Shown here: positions 46,187-55,934 of the stretch, in pieces
How positions within the stretch are numbered: position 1 is the first letter of the stretch
Layout of the letters: each line of letters opens with the position of its first letter
NCBI RefSeq assembly: GCF_055900595.2
Contig: NZ_CM148325.1
Reading direction: 5' to 3' (one strand)
Length of the DNA: 64,000 nucleotides
The notes under the pieces: model-generated
The model's input: the letters and a program-made list of their open reading frames with translations, nothing else
Database searches by the model: none
What the model was told of the DNA's origin: nothing
Program-made: the position numbers and the translations under genes

Positions 46187-46774
46187 TCAGTTAACTGAAT
46201 CGATCCATTGCACACTGTCGGCGGTGAGCGTAAAGGGAGTAGGGGTGCAGATCGCCAGACTTAAATTTTCAAGCTGACAATGGCTGACTGACAGCGAGGA
46301 CTGATAGGTGCTGTCTACGCTGACGATTTGCCAGGCGCTGCCGCCACGTTGTTTAACGATAGCTTCTTTGCGTGTCCAGATGCGCCAGAACATTTCCAGT
46401 TGCTGATCTGGATGCACGGCGTCCATCTCGGCATGTTCTCCGAGGCTGAACACCGCGTTCGCCAGCCAGCGCCAGTTGGCACGCGGGCGAATCACTTCGA
46501 TATCGCAGCCGACTTCGCCCTCATCGCTCAACAGTAGGGCAATATCGTCACCGCTATGGCTTAAGTTGAACCATAGCGGCGTTTCCGGCGCGAATGCAGG
46601 TTTGCCTTGTTCGCCATAGATGATCTCAGGTAGCGGGGAAAGCGTGTGTGAAAGCAATGCACGCCCCGCCAGCCAGCGTTCGCGCCGTGGACCTTGCGGT
46701 GCTTTATCGCGTAAAGCCGGTGGCAGTGGAGCTGCGCTTAAGGTCGAAACTTTCCCCAGAACTATCCGATACAT
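46187..46774 (-). CDS. acpT: 4'-phosphopantetheinyl transferase AcpT
   Basis: 195 aa Sfp-type ORF; start lies 1 bp downstream of the apeR stop, so probably co-transcribed with the PKS-like cluster. Confidence 0.88.
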   Translation of the reverse strand: MYRIVLGKVSTLSAAPLPPALRDKAPQGPRRERWLAGRALLSHTLSPLPEIIYGEQGKPAFAPETPLWFNLSHSGDDIALLLSDEGEVGCDIEVIRPRANWRWLANAVFSLGEHAEMDAVHPDQQLEMFWRIWTRKEAIVKQRGGSAWQIVSVDSTYQSSLSVSHCQLENLSLAICTPTPFTLTADSVQWIDSVN

Positions 46775-46775
46775 A

Positions 46776-48005
46776 TCAGGGCCAACGTTTTATGATGATG
46801 GATGTATTAATGCCGCCAAAGGCAAAGTTGTTACTCTGCAAAAACTCACAATCAATCTTGCGCGCTTCATGCATGATGTAATCCAGCTCGCCACAGTTAG
46901 GGTCTGGTTTATTCAGGTTTAGCGTAGGCGCAAACCAGCCTTCTCGCATCATTTGCAGACTCATCCAGGCTTCGAGCGCGCCACAGGCACCAAGCGTATG
47001 ACCAAAATAGCTTTTCAGCGAGGAGAGCGGCACATTATCACCGTAAATGGCTGCTGTCGCCAGACTTTCTGCCATATCACCACGATCGGTCGCCGTGCCA
47101 TGCGCTGAAATATAGCCAATATCTTGTGCGCTTAACCCGGCGATTTTCAGCGATTGCTCCATACAATACTGCATGGTTTCTCGCTGTGGTTGGGTGATAT
47201 GCGCGGCGTCGCAGTTAGTGGCAAAGCCGACGATTTCTCCATAAATGGTCGCACCGCGCGCTTTGGCGTGCTCCAGTTCTTCGAGAATCAGCGTGCCTGC
47301 GCCTTCGCCAATCACCAGCCCGTCGCGGTTTTCATCGAACGGTGAAGGGGTGGTTTTCGGCGCGTCATTATGCTGGCTGGTGGCGAAAAGCGTATCAAAT
47401 ACCGCCGCTTCTGAAGGGCATAACTCTTCGGCGCCACCAGCAACCATCACCGTTTGATAACCGTGACGAATGGCTTCCCACGCGTAGCCGATCGCCTGGC
47501 TGCCGGAGGTACAGGCGCTGGAGGTTGGGATCACCCGCCCGCGCAGGCCAAAAAATAGCCCGGTATTAACGGCGGTGGTGTGCGGCATCATCTGCACATA
47601 GGTGGTGCCAGTGATGTTATTGGTGTGCTTTTCAGTCAGCATGGTGGCGAACTCGCTCACCGGACCGGTACTGCCGGTCGATGAACCGTACGCAATGCCC
47701 GTTTCGCCGCTGGTTAATATCGGATCGCCAATCAACCCTGCCTGCTCTAACGCCAGCTCGCTGGCTCGGGTCGACATTTGCGACACGCGGCCCATCGCAC
47801 GGATACGCTTACGGGTGTAGTGCTCCGGTAGCGTAAAATCATCAATCGGCGCGCCAAGCAGGGTATGCAGGCCATCGTAAACCTGCCACTCCGGCATTTT
47901 GCGCACTGCGTTCTCATACGCCAGCAAACGCGCGGAAACGTCCTGCCAGTTTTCACCAAAGGCAGTCACGCCGCCCATTCCTGTAATCACTACGCGACGT
48001 GTCAT
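46776..48005 (-). CDS. apeR: Beta-ketoacyl-ACP synthase (KAS I/II-like), APE cluster
   Basis: 409 aa; active-site Cys in SSACTSGS, C-terminal HGTAT and GHTLGA motifs; symbol assigned by order/content match to the APE family. Confidence 0.75.
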   Translation of the reverse strand: MTRRVVITGMGGVTAFGENWQDVSARLLAYENAVRKMPEWQVYDGLHTLLGAPIDDFTLPEHYTRKRIRAMGRVSQMSTRASELALEQAGLIGDPILTSGETGIAYGSSTGSTGPVSEFATMLTEKHTNNITGTTYVQMMPHTTAVNTGLFFGLRGRVIPTSSACTSGSQAIGYAWEAIRHGYQTVMVAGGAEELCPSEAAVFDTLFATSQHNDAPKTTPSPFDENRDGLVIGEGAGTLILEELEHAKARGATIYGEIVGFATNCDAAHITQPQRETMQYCMEQSLKIAGLSAQDIGYISAHGTATDRGDMAESLATAAIYGDNVPLSSLKSYFGHTLGACGALEAWMSLQMMREGWFAPTLNLNKPDPNCGELDYIMHEARKIDCEFLQSNNFAFGGINTSIIIKRWP

Positions 48006-48733
48006 AACATCCCTCCGTTGATGGAAATAACCTGGCGGGTGACGTAACCCGCAATATCAGACATTAAATAACTGGCAAGCCCGGCAACTTCTTCCGCCTG
48101 GCCCATGCGTTTCATGGGGATCATCGACATTGCCTCTTTCAGAGCGCTCTCTTCCATTTCGATCATCCCGGTATCAATAAGCCCCGGCGCGATGCAATTG
48201 ACGGTGATTTTGCGCTTCGCGAGTTCGATAGCCAGTGCTTTTGTTGCGCCGATAATTCCGGCTTTGGCAGCACTGTAGTTCACCTGGCCGCGATTGCCCA
48301 TTACGCCGGAAACCGAGGACAGCGTGATGATGCGTCCGCCCTGGCGTGCGCCGATCATCGGCATAATGCACGGCTGAATGACGTTGTAGAAACTGTCGAG
48401 GTTGGTGTGGATCACCGCATCCCAGTCGTCATCGCTTAAAGCCGGAAAAGCGGCATCGCGGGCGATCCCGGCGTTACTAACCACGCCGTACCAGGCACCG
48501 TGTTGCGCGATCTCGTGCTCCAGCACTTCCCGACACTGTTCGCGGTTTGCGACGTCGAAACTGAGCAAACGCCCGTTACCACCGTTGGCGACAATGGCAT
48601 TCAGCGTTTCCTGAGCGCCTGCGGCGTCACGGTGATAGTGAACGCCAATGTTAAAGCCGTCTGCCGCCAGTTGGCAGGCGATGGCGCGACCAATGCCTTT
48701 GCTGGCACCAGTAACCAGAACTGAACGACTCAT
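48002..48733 (-). CDS. apeQ: 3-oxoacyl-ACP reductase (SDR, FabG-like), APE cluster
   Basis: 243 aa; Rossmann motif TGASKGIGRA, catalytic YSAAK; 4-bp overlap with apeR. Confidence 0.78.
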   Translation of the reverse strand: MSRSVLVTGASKGIGRAIACQLAADGFNIGVHYHRDAAGAQETLNAIVANGGNGRLLSFDVANREQCREVLEHEIAQHGAWYGVVSNAGIARDAAFPALSDDDWDAVIHTNLDSFYNVIQPCIMPMIGARQGGRIITLSSVSGVMGNRGQVNYSAAKAGIIGATKALAIELAKRKITVNCIAPGLIDTGMIEMEESALKEAMSMIPMKRMGQAEEVAGLASYLMSDIAGYVTRQVISINGGML

Positions 48734-49197
48734 CAGGACGCTCCTTGTTGAAACAGGGTGGTAAGTTCTTCCGCAGTCGGCTGGAAGGTGTTAATGCGGC
48801 CCGTTGCCTCGCCGTCGTTGATGCTGCACTCAAAACTGCCGAAGCGTTCATCTTGCATCAGCAGTTTGACGGTAATGGTCAGCGTCTGGCCTGCGGGCAG
48901 AATGCCAGCGGCGCAAAGCAATTCACGCGCGCCCAGTACCATCCCTAACTCAATACTGTTTTTGCCCTGCTGGTGGCGATGCCAGCCAGACCAGACGCCG
49001 ACGGTTTGCGCCATCAGTTCAAGGGCAAACCAGCCAGGGAGATTGCCGTCCGGGTCGAGAAACGGTGCCAGTACACCACTGGGCGAAACCGTCACGCGGC
49101 ACACGGCGCTGTCATCGCTGACGCTCACCACTTCTTCCAGCAGCAACATGGGCGCATCGTGGGGCAGATAAGCGCCGGGTGATAAATAGTGGCTCAC
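48733..49197 (-). CDS. apeP: Hotdog-fold dehydratase subunit (FabA/FabZ-like), APE cluster
   Basis: 154 aa hotdog-type ORF between KS and KR genes; 1-bp overlap with apeQ. Confidence 0.65.
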   Translation of the reverse strand: MSHYLSPGAYLPHDAPMLLLEEVVSVSDDSAVCRVTVSPSGVLAPFLDPDGNLPGWFALELMAQTVGVWSGWHRHQQGKNSIELGMVLGARELLCAAGILPAGQTLTITVKLLMQDERFGSFECSINDGEATGRINTFQPTAEELTTLFQQGAS

Positions 49198-50372
49198 GAA
49201 ACCCTCCCGAGCAGAATGCTGGCGTTATTGCCGCCAAAGGCGAAAGAATTGGACAGGATCACCGGACGTGCCAGCGGCTGTGGTTTTTCGATAATGCCGC
49301 ACGGTGGCAGCGTGGGATCGCGTGGCGACAGGCTGAAGTCCTGAGCGGGCAGCGGTAAATCACGCTCTAAGATCAACGTGCTAATTGCCGCCTCGGTAAT
49401 GCCCGCCGCGCCCAGCGTGTGTCCGGTCAAATGTTTGGTGGAGCTGCACGGTACGCGTTCGCCAAACAGGGCGTTAACCACCATTGATTCAATCTGGTCG
49501 TTGAGTTGTGTGGCGGTGCCGTGCAGGTTGATATAGCCCACCTCATCCGGCGTAAGCTGCGCATCGTTCAGCGCCTGGTTAATAGCGCGGATCGCCCCTT
49601 CGCCCTGCGGATGCGGGGCCGAAATATGATAAGCGTCGCTTGATTCACCAACGCCCAGTAACGCGATGGGCTGCGGTTCACGGGTCAGCAGCATTAGCCC
49701 CGCGCCTTCGCCAATGGTGATGCCCGCACGGTCACGACCGAACGGCTGACATAAGGTGGGCGACAGCGATTCGAGGCTGTGAAAACCGTTAATCGGCATC
49801 CGGCTCAGAGTGTCTGCGCCACCCACAATGGCGGCATCGACCAGCCCCGCTTCGATAAGCCTGCGCCCGCTGATCATCGCTCTGGCGCTGGAAGAGCAGG
49901 CGGTTGAAAGAGTATATGCCGGGCCGTCGAGCGCCAGCCAGTGGCTGAGAAAACGCGACGGATCGCCGAGTTCTTGTTGTGCATAGTGCCATGTGGTGCT
50001 TGGCTGCCCGTGGGTGCGCAGGTTAACGTGCGTGTCGCCTTCATGCAGGCCGGAGGTGCTGGTGCCAAGCACAATCGCGATGCGCTCGCGGCCATATTTT
50101 GCGATGGCGTCATCAACCTGCAGCTGGATCTGCGCCAGCGCCGCCAGCAGGATCTGATTGTTGCGCGAGCGGTGCGCAGCGAATTTTTCCGGGATAAGCG
50201 GAAGCTCGCCATCCACGCCAGCCAGGACCGCCTGCGGATGCCCCTGCAACCAGCCTGCGCGTGGGCGCATTCCGGGAGCAACACCGCGAGTCAGGTTGGC
50301 TGCGATCTCATCAAGATTATTTCCCAGGGCGTTGATCATGCCAACGGCGGAAATATAAATCATATTAGTCAC
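49194..50372 (-). CDS. apeO: Beta-ketoacyl-ACP synthase (KS), APE cluster
   Basis: 392 aa; active-site Cys in STACSSSARA, HGTAT and GHTLGAAG motifs. Confidence 0.78.
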   Translation of the reverse strand: MTNMIYISAVGMINALGNNLDEIAANLTRGVAPGMRPRAGWLQGHPQAVLAGVDGELPLIPEKFAAHRSRNNQILLAALAQIQLQVDDAIAKYGRERIAIVLGTSTSGLHEGDTHVNLRTHGQPSTTWHYAQQELGDPSRFLSHWLALDGPAYTLSTACSSSARAMISGRRLIEAGLVDAAIVGGADTLSRMPINGFHSLESLSPTLCQPFGRDRAGITIGEGAGLMLLTREPQPIALLGVGESSDAYHISAPHPQGEGAIRAINQALNDAQLTPDEVGYINLHGTATQLNDQIESMVVNALFGERVPCSSTKHLTGHTLGAAGITEAAISTLILERDLPLPAQDFSLSPRDPTLPPCGIIEKPQPLARPVILSNSFAFGGNNASILLGRVS

Positions 50373-50949
50373 CTAAGTATTGAATGGTGATGTGGTATTT
50401 AAAGACATGCTGCTCAATGCTGATTGGCACGCGTTTTCCTTTGCGATTCAAATAGGTGATTTCCGTGACCAGTTTGCCGCTGGCGTTACGCAGTTCGCGT
50501 TTGTCACCGTTGTCACGAAGTGTCCATCCTGCGGGAAGTTGCGGTTGCCAGGCGCTAATCGGCCAGTGGCTGAGCATTACGTCAGCCAGCACCTGACTTG
50601 CTGGCGGCAACTGTGGGACGACGATGGATTGCTCGGCGCGTAGCCCTTGCGCATCGTAGGTCACCAGAAACAGACGAATGCCGACTGATGACAGTCCGGC
50701 AAGGGTGATTTTCTGGTCGTCGGCATTAAGCATCACCAACAGCGACTGGGTTTTGCCGTTGAAGCTGCCAGTCAACAGTTGTTGGGAATTGACGGCGGGT
50801 GAAATCCCCGGCGCAGGCAGCGTGATGCGTGTGCCAGGTTGCAGCCACGCCTGCGGGCGGCCTTCCTGTTCCGGTTGCGAGTGGCTACAGCCGGTGAGGA
50901 TAAGCGTAGCGGTCAGGGCGAGCGCCCGCCAGAAGGTGGGTTTGATCAT
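50365..50949 (-). CDS. apeN: DUF3261-type lipoprotein, APE cluster
   Basis: 194 aa; signal peptide with lipobox LTGC; 8-bp overlap with apeO. Confidence 0.6.
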   Translation of the reverse strand: MIKPTFWRALALTATLILTGCSHSQPEQEGRPQAWLQPGTRITLPAPGISPAVNSQQLLTGSFNGKTQSLLVMLNADDQKITLAGLSSVGIRLFLVTYDAQGLRAEQSIVVPQLPPASQVLADVMLSHWPISAWQPQLPAGWTLRDNGDKRELRNASGKLVTEITYLNRKGKRVPISIEQHVFKYHITIQYLGD

Positions 50950-53261
50950 TTTTTTGTTCTCTTTTTATCGGGCATAGCCAGCGGCGAAAGCAGGAAGGCG
51001 GTGAAAATACCGCTCACCAGCACAATGCCAAAACTGCTGATGGCCTGAGTGGCGCTGAATACCAGCATTCCCAGCGTCAGCAAGGTGGTGAGCATTGCCA
51101 GCGTGATCGCCAGTAGGGAAGTTAACGGTGTACCGCGCGGATTACTGAAAAACAGCGTGTAGTTGATGCCGATGCCAAGCACCAGCACCAGCGCCAGCAG
51201 CGAAAAGAGATTCACCGCCTGCCCGCTCATCGCCAGCACTGCCAGACCGCAGCCCAGCGAAAGCACCGAAGGCACCAGGCTGATAAGCCCTTTGCGCCAG
51301 CCAAGGCGGGCCACTGCGCCGCAGGCAATCACTGCCAGCGCCACCAGCAACAAACCGGTTAAGACGTGGCGGTAAAGTGCGAACAATTCATCAAAAGTGT
51401 TTTTGCGATCAACCCAGGCAATGCCCTGGTAATAGCTGGCTGTTTCCTGCAACAACGCGCTACTTTTAACCCCTTCAACCGGCACCAGTACGCCGCTTGC
51501 GCCGTTTTCCAGCGTCAGCCACAGCAGACGCCAGCCTTCACTGGCGGGGCTTGCCAGCCATTCATCGACCTTCACTGGCATGGCGTTGAGATCTGGTTTC
51601 ACCGCCGTCAGCCCGGCATTTTGCAGCGCTTTTGTTACCGTCGGGGCAGACGTTTTCAGCAGATGTAAATCTTCCTCCTGCCGCACCAGGGAGTTCAGCG
51701 GAATAGTGCGGTAGTTGCTGATAAGACCGTCTTTTTTCGCTTTCTCCAGCGAGGCGGTAAATGTCTCCAGCCGCCGCAATGTTTGCTGTGGCGAATCGCC
51801 GTAAACCACAAACCATTTTTGATCGACGCTTTGTCCGGTCAGGGCGGTAATGGCTTTTTCCTGCGCCAGAATATGCTGCGGCAGCGCCTGTAACTGCGAG
51901 ATATCGTCATCGACGCGCAGCATTGACATCCCCGCCAGCGAAAACAGCGCCAGCGCGACGGGCAGACCCCGCGACAGTTTTTTATTGCGCCGCCACGCCG
52001 CCAGCCAGCGCAGCATCAGCGCCATCGCCGGAACCGGACGCACCGGCAGGCCACGGCACAGCCACGGATGCCAGAACAGAACGGTCAGACAGGAGGCGCT
52101 CAACCCGACGGCGGCAAAAATCGCCATCTGGCGAATGCCGGGGAAGGGGGCGAGCATCATAATCAGATACGCCGCCACGGTGGTGAGCAGCGCCAGTAGC
52201 AAGGCATTGCGCACTTTCGCCAGGCTTTGCCACGGCGAAACGTCATTGCCGTGCACCATCCGTTCAGTGAGGTAATAGAGCGTGTAGTCAGCGGAAATGC
52301 CGATAACGCTCATGCTCATCACCAGCGTCATCAGGTGTAATTCACCGAAAATCAACAAGGTGGCGACCGTTCCCGCCAGCGCGCCAATGCCGATGGAAAT
52401 CACGCAAAGCAGCAACGGGCGTAAAGAGCGGAACACCGCCACAATCAGTAATATCACCCCCAGCAGCGTTGCCACGCCCAGGGTTGAGATATCCTGCTTC
52501 GCCTGTTGACTGGCGTAATCGCTGTAAAATACCGTGCCGCGCGAGAGCAACTGCGCCTGCGGGTAACGCGTTTTCAGATCCTTTTCCAGCGTATTCAGGG
52601 TGGTGATGAGCTGGTGGGTTTGCTGCATATCAAACGACGATCCCGCCAGTTCTCCGTGTAGCAGATACCAGTAGTTGCCCTGGGGATCCTGCGTCACCAG
52701 CCAGCCGTCCATCAGTCGTAAACGCTGACCGTTTTTCGCCATCGCCAGCTGCGAGCCGCGCATTAACATCAGCGGATCGTTTTGCAGCTCCTTGCCGCTT
52801 ACCCCGGAGAACGCAGAATAAAGCTGGGAGAGGATCCACTGCGCCTGCGCTTCACCGCCGTTTTGTAGTCGGGCGCGAGTGTCGGGGTCAATCAGGCCGT
52901 TGCGATGCTGCCAGAAAAACGCTCCCCACGCCTGCTGGCTGGCGGCATCCATTGGCCCTTTAACATCGCCGAGCGCAGCGGATTTTTGCAGCAGCGTCAG
53001 CCATTCCTGAGCGACCAGGGGATTAGCCTCTTTACCGGGGCTGACCAGCCACACCAGTTGGCGGTCCAGACGCTGCATAAAGCCGTCATTCAGCGCCGGG
53101 GGAATATCGCCCATCGCCTGTTTGGGTAACATAGCCAGCACGCTACTGTTCAGTCGTGATTGCGGCAGCAGGATCAGCAACGCCGCTGCCATGACCAGGC
53201 AGATGATCCCCCATAACAGCGCCGGGCGTTTACTGGGCGGCAAAACGTTGGCGTTCGTCAT
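50946..53261 (-). CDS. apeM: MMPL/RND-superfamily membrane exporter, APE cluster
   Basis: 771 aa with two multi-TM bundles separated by large soluble domains. Confidence 0.7.
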   Translation of the reverse strand: MTNANVLPPSKRPALLWGIICLVMAAALLILLPQSRLNSSVLAMLPKQAMGDIPPALNDGFMQRLDRQLVWLVSPGKEANPLVAQEWLTLLQKSAALGDVKGPMDAASQQAWGAFFWQHRNGLIDPDTRARLQNGGEAQAQWILSQLYSAFSGVSGKELQNDPLMLMRGSQLAMAKNGQRLRLMDGWLVTQDPQGNYWYLLHGELAGSSFDMQQTHQLITTLNTLEKDLKTRYPQAQLLSRGTVFYSDYASQQAKQDISTLGVATLLGVILLIVAVFRSLRPLLLCVISIGIGALAGTVATLLIFGELHLMTLVMSMSVIGISADYTLYYLTERMVHGNDVSPWQSLAKVRNALLLALLTTVAAYLIMMLAPFPGIRQMAIFAAVGLSASCLTVLFWHPWLCRGLPVRPVPAMALMLRWLAAWRRNKKLSRGLPVALALFSLAGMSMLRVDDDISQLQALPQHILAQEKAITALTGQSVDQKWFVVYGDSPQQTLRRLETFTASLEKAKKDGLISNYRTIPLNSLVRQEEDLHLLKTSAPTVTKALQNAGLTAVKPDLNAMPVKVDEWLASPASEGWRLLWLTLENGASGVLVPVEGVKSSALLQETASYYQGIAWVDRKNTFDELFALYRHVLTGLLLVALAVIACGAVARLGWRKGLISLVPSVLSLGCGLAVLAMSGQAVNLFSLLALVLVLGIGINYTLFFSNPRGTPLTSLLAITLAMLTTLLTLGMLVFSATQAISSFGIVLVSGIFTAFLLSPLAMPDKKRTKK

Positions 53262-53835
53262 CGGTCAGTTGCGCTGGCGTCAGTTGATGTTGGGTAAGAG
53301 CGATATCGGTGCGATCGCCCTGTTTATCATTAAGCTGAATGCTCTCCAGATAGGTTTGCCCGGCGAGATCGATGGTATTGAAAATTTTATCCAGCGGCGT
53401 GGTGGTCGGCGTCAGGCGCAGCGTCCAGCGGCCTTCGCCTTTGTCAGCAAATTCGACGCGGAAGTTTTGTTCCAGCACTTTGCGATCGGCCTGGAACAGC
53501 GCGCGCAGCAGGTGGTTAAACTGGAACATCTGCGGGTTATTTTCTGCCGTGATGATTTGTGGCGGCTGACCGTTGATCACCTGCACCATGCGTTTATCGT
53601 CCAGTAATAGCTGCATGGGGAACGGTGAGGTTTGATCCCACAACAGCCCCTGGTCGCGGGCGATCAACATCTGCCCCTGCGATCGCAGCGGTTGCGGCAG
53701 ATCTTTAATCGTCCGGGTTTGATCGAAATGGGCGCGGATCACCGGCTGTTCGGTAAAGCGTTGCTGAAGATCGTCCAGGGTCAGGGCGCTCACAAACGGG
53801 CTAATCAGCAGCGCCAGCAGCGGTAAAAATTTCAT
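53230..53835 (-). CDS. apeL: LolA-like periplasmic lipoprotein carrier, APE cluster
   Basis: 201 aa, signal peptide MKFLPLLALLISPFVSA, LolA-like size; overlaps apeM by 32 bp. Confidence 0.6.
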   Translation of the reverse strand: MKFLPLLALLISPFVSALTLDDLQQRFTEQPVIRAHFDQTRTIKDLPQPLRSQGQMLIARDQGLLWDQTSPFPMQLLLDDKRMVQVINGQPPQIITAENNPQMFQFNHLLRALFQADRKVLEQNFRVEFADKGEGRWTLRLTPTTTPLDKIFNTIDLAGQTYLESIQLNDKQGDRTDIALTQHQLTPAQLTDDERQRFAAQ

Positions 53836-54254
53836 GGTTTGACTCCCATGCGTTCAAACAGAATATCGGGGCTGACAAAGCACAGTTCGCGGCTTTGCTC
53901 GTCGACCGCGACCTGAATGGTGTATCCGGTGGTGGCGCGTTTGCCCGTTTCGGCATCGAAAATCTGATAGCCAATTCGCAGGCGGTTTTCGAACTCTTCG
54001 ATATGCGCACGCACGCGGATGCGTTGCTCAAAGGTGAGGGCGTGGCGATATTTCACCCGCGCATCGACCACTGGCCACAAATAACCCGACTCTTTCATCT
54101 GCCGATAGCCGTAATTGAACTGGTTGAGCAGCGCCTCGCGGGCCACTTCAAAGTAGCGAAAATAGTTACCGTGCCAGGCCACGCCCATCATATCGACGTC
54201 GTGAAATGGAATGATCAGCTCGACTTCAGCGGTAAATCGGGGATCGTTAAGCAC
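53832..54254 (-). CDS. apeK: 4HBT/YbgC-type acyl thioesterase, APE cluster
   Basis: 140 aa hotdog thioesterase (HDVDMMGVAWHGNYFRYFE). Confidence 0.7.
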   Translation of the reverse strand: MLNDPRFTAEVELIIPFHDVDMMGVAWHGNYFRYFEVAREALLNQFNYGYRQMKESGYLWPVVDARVKYRHALTFEQRIRVRAHIEEFENRLRIGYQIFDAETGKRATTGYTIQVAVDEQSRELCFVSPDILFERMGVKP

Positions 54255-54257
54255 CCT

Positions 54258-55934
54258 TTACTCCTTGTCCTGGACTTCCGGCAGTTGCCAGAAATCGAAA
54301 AAATTAAACCAGTCGAGGGGCGACTGGAGCGCGTGATGTTCCAGACGCGCGGCGTAATGATCGATAGCGTTTTGCAGCGCCTGCTGGCGTTCGCCACGCG
54401 GCAACAGCAGCGGGTCGGCAAAGGTTTCGCAGTTAATATGCAGCTTGCCGTGCTGGCGCAGGGCGAAAATCAGATTCACCGGGCAGCGCAAAATAGACGC
54501 GAGAATAAACGGCCCCTGTGGGAAGGGCGCAGGCTGGCCCATAAACGAACTCCAGCAGACGCGCCAGTCGCCGCCGCGTTGCGGGTTGATGGCGATGCGG
54601 TCACCAACAATCGCCACCCATTCGCCGTTATCCAGCTTCTCTTTTAGCAGGATGGCGGTGTCCGGGCCGATATCCGTCACCGGCATCAGGTTAATGCCTG
54701 CCTGAGGAGCCATCTCCTGCATTATCTGTTTAAAGCGTTGGGCGTTTTCGCTAAACACCAGCGCGTTAATGGTTTTGTAGCCCTGAATTTTTGCCAGCGC
54801 CCGGCACACTTCCACATCGCCAAGATGCGAGGCCAGCAGCAATTTGCCGCGCGGATCGCTGACGTTAAGTGCCGCTTCTGCGCCTGGTGCAAACAGCACA
54901 TCACGCCCGAGTTGCAGCTCGCCGCGCCAACTGGCGATTTTGTCGAGCATGGCGTTGCCGAAACGTAGAAAGTGCTGATAGCTGTTGAGTTTTGCTGCCT
55001 GTGGTTGATGCTGGCGCACACGGGCGAGCCAGTCTTGCGACGCTTTGCGCGCCCGGCTGGCGGTGAGCCAGTAGACGCCCACCACCGGATAAAGCAGCGC
55101 GGTAAACGCCGTTCTTCCCAGCAGGCGCCAGACCAGCAGCATCAGGCGCATTCCCCATAATCCTTTCACTTCGCTCTGCCGCGCCCAGTGGCTGGAAGAG
55201 TGGCGCATCAGCAGCGAAGGAATACGCGGCAACATGCCGAAAAACAGGCGCGTGTGCATGAGCGAGATGCGGACGTTATCTTTCAGGGCATCAAAGTGCG
55301 AAAGCCCGTCCAGCGGATAGGTGACGCGGGTCGGCACGAAATAGCTGGTGTTTCCCTGCCAGTAGAGGCGCACCATCACTTCGGTGTCGAAATCCATCCG
55401 CTTGCCGATGGTGGCGTGTTTTGCCAGTTGCAGCGTTGGCGCAACCGGATAAACGCGAAAGCCGCACATGCTGTCTTTCAGTTGCAGGGAGAGCGTTTCG
55501 ACCCATACCCAGATGTGGGTGACCCAGCGCCCGTACAGCCGTGAGCGGGGGATGGAGTCATCGTAAATTGGCTGGCCGGAGATCAGTGCCGCAGGGTGTT
55601 GTTCAGCGAGTGCCAGCAGTTTGGGGATATCTTCAATCGCGTGCTGACCGTCGGCATCTACCTGTACCGCATGGCTGAACCCCGCGTCTGCCGCTGCCTG
55701 TAAGCCGCGCATTACCGCCGCGCCTTTGCCTGCGTTTTCTGCCAGGCGAATTAATGTCACGCCAGGCTGTTCGGCAACCAGATTATCCAGTTGCTGTTGC
55801 GTGGCGGCATCGCTGCCGTCATCCACCACAATACAGGGCAGATTAAATGGCTTAAGACGCGCCAGCACGCCCGGCATCATTGCGCCGTGGTTGTAGCAGG
55901 GGATCAACACGCAGGGAGAAAAGTTTACCGACAT
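54258..55934 (-). CDS. apeJ: Fusion protein: GT2-like glycosyltransferase plus lipid-A-type (LpxL/HtrB-like) acyltransferase, APE cluster
   Basis: 558 aa; N-terminal GT2 features (VLIPCYNHG..VVDDGSDAAT, DADGQH), C-terminal half acyltransferase-like. Confidence 0.6.
   Translation of the reverse strand: MSVNFSPCVLIPCYNHGAMMPGVLARLKPFNLPCIVVDDGSDAATQQQLDNLVAEQPGVTLIRLAENAGKGAAVMRGLQAAADAGFSHAVQVDADGQHAIEDIPKLLALAEQHPAALISGQPIYDDSIPRSRLYGRWVTHIWVWVETLSLQLKDSMCGFRVYPVAPTLQLAKHATIGKRMDFDTEVMVRLYWQGNTSYFVPTRVTYPLDGLSHFDALKDNVRISLMHTRLFFGMLPRIPSLLMRHSSSHWARQSEVKGLWGMRLMLLVWRLLGRTAFTALLYPVVGVYWLTASRARKASQDWLARVRQHQPQAAKLNSYQHFLRFGNAMLDKIASWRGELQLGRDVLFAPGAEAALNVSDPRGKLLLASHLGDVEVCRALAKIQGYKTINALVFSENAQRFKQIMQEMAPQAGINLMPVTDIGPDTAILLKEKLDNGEWVAIVGDRIAINPQRGGDWRVCWSSFMGQPAPFPQGPFILASILRCPVNLIFALRQHGKLHINCETFADPLLLPRGERQQALQNAIDHYAARLEHHALQSPLDWFNFFDFWQLPEVQDKE

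Noticed and set aside
51850-52275. Plus-strand ORFs (141 aa and others) inside the MMPL exporter gene apeM
   Set aside because: Antisense to a 771-aa membrane protein ORF that fits the operon; Ser/Ala/Arg-rich translations look non-genic.
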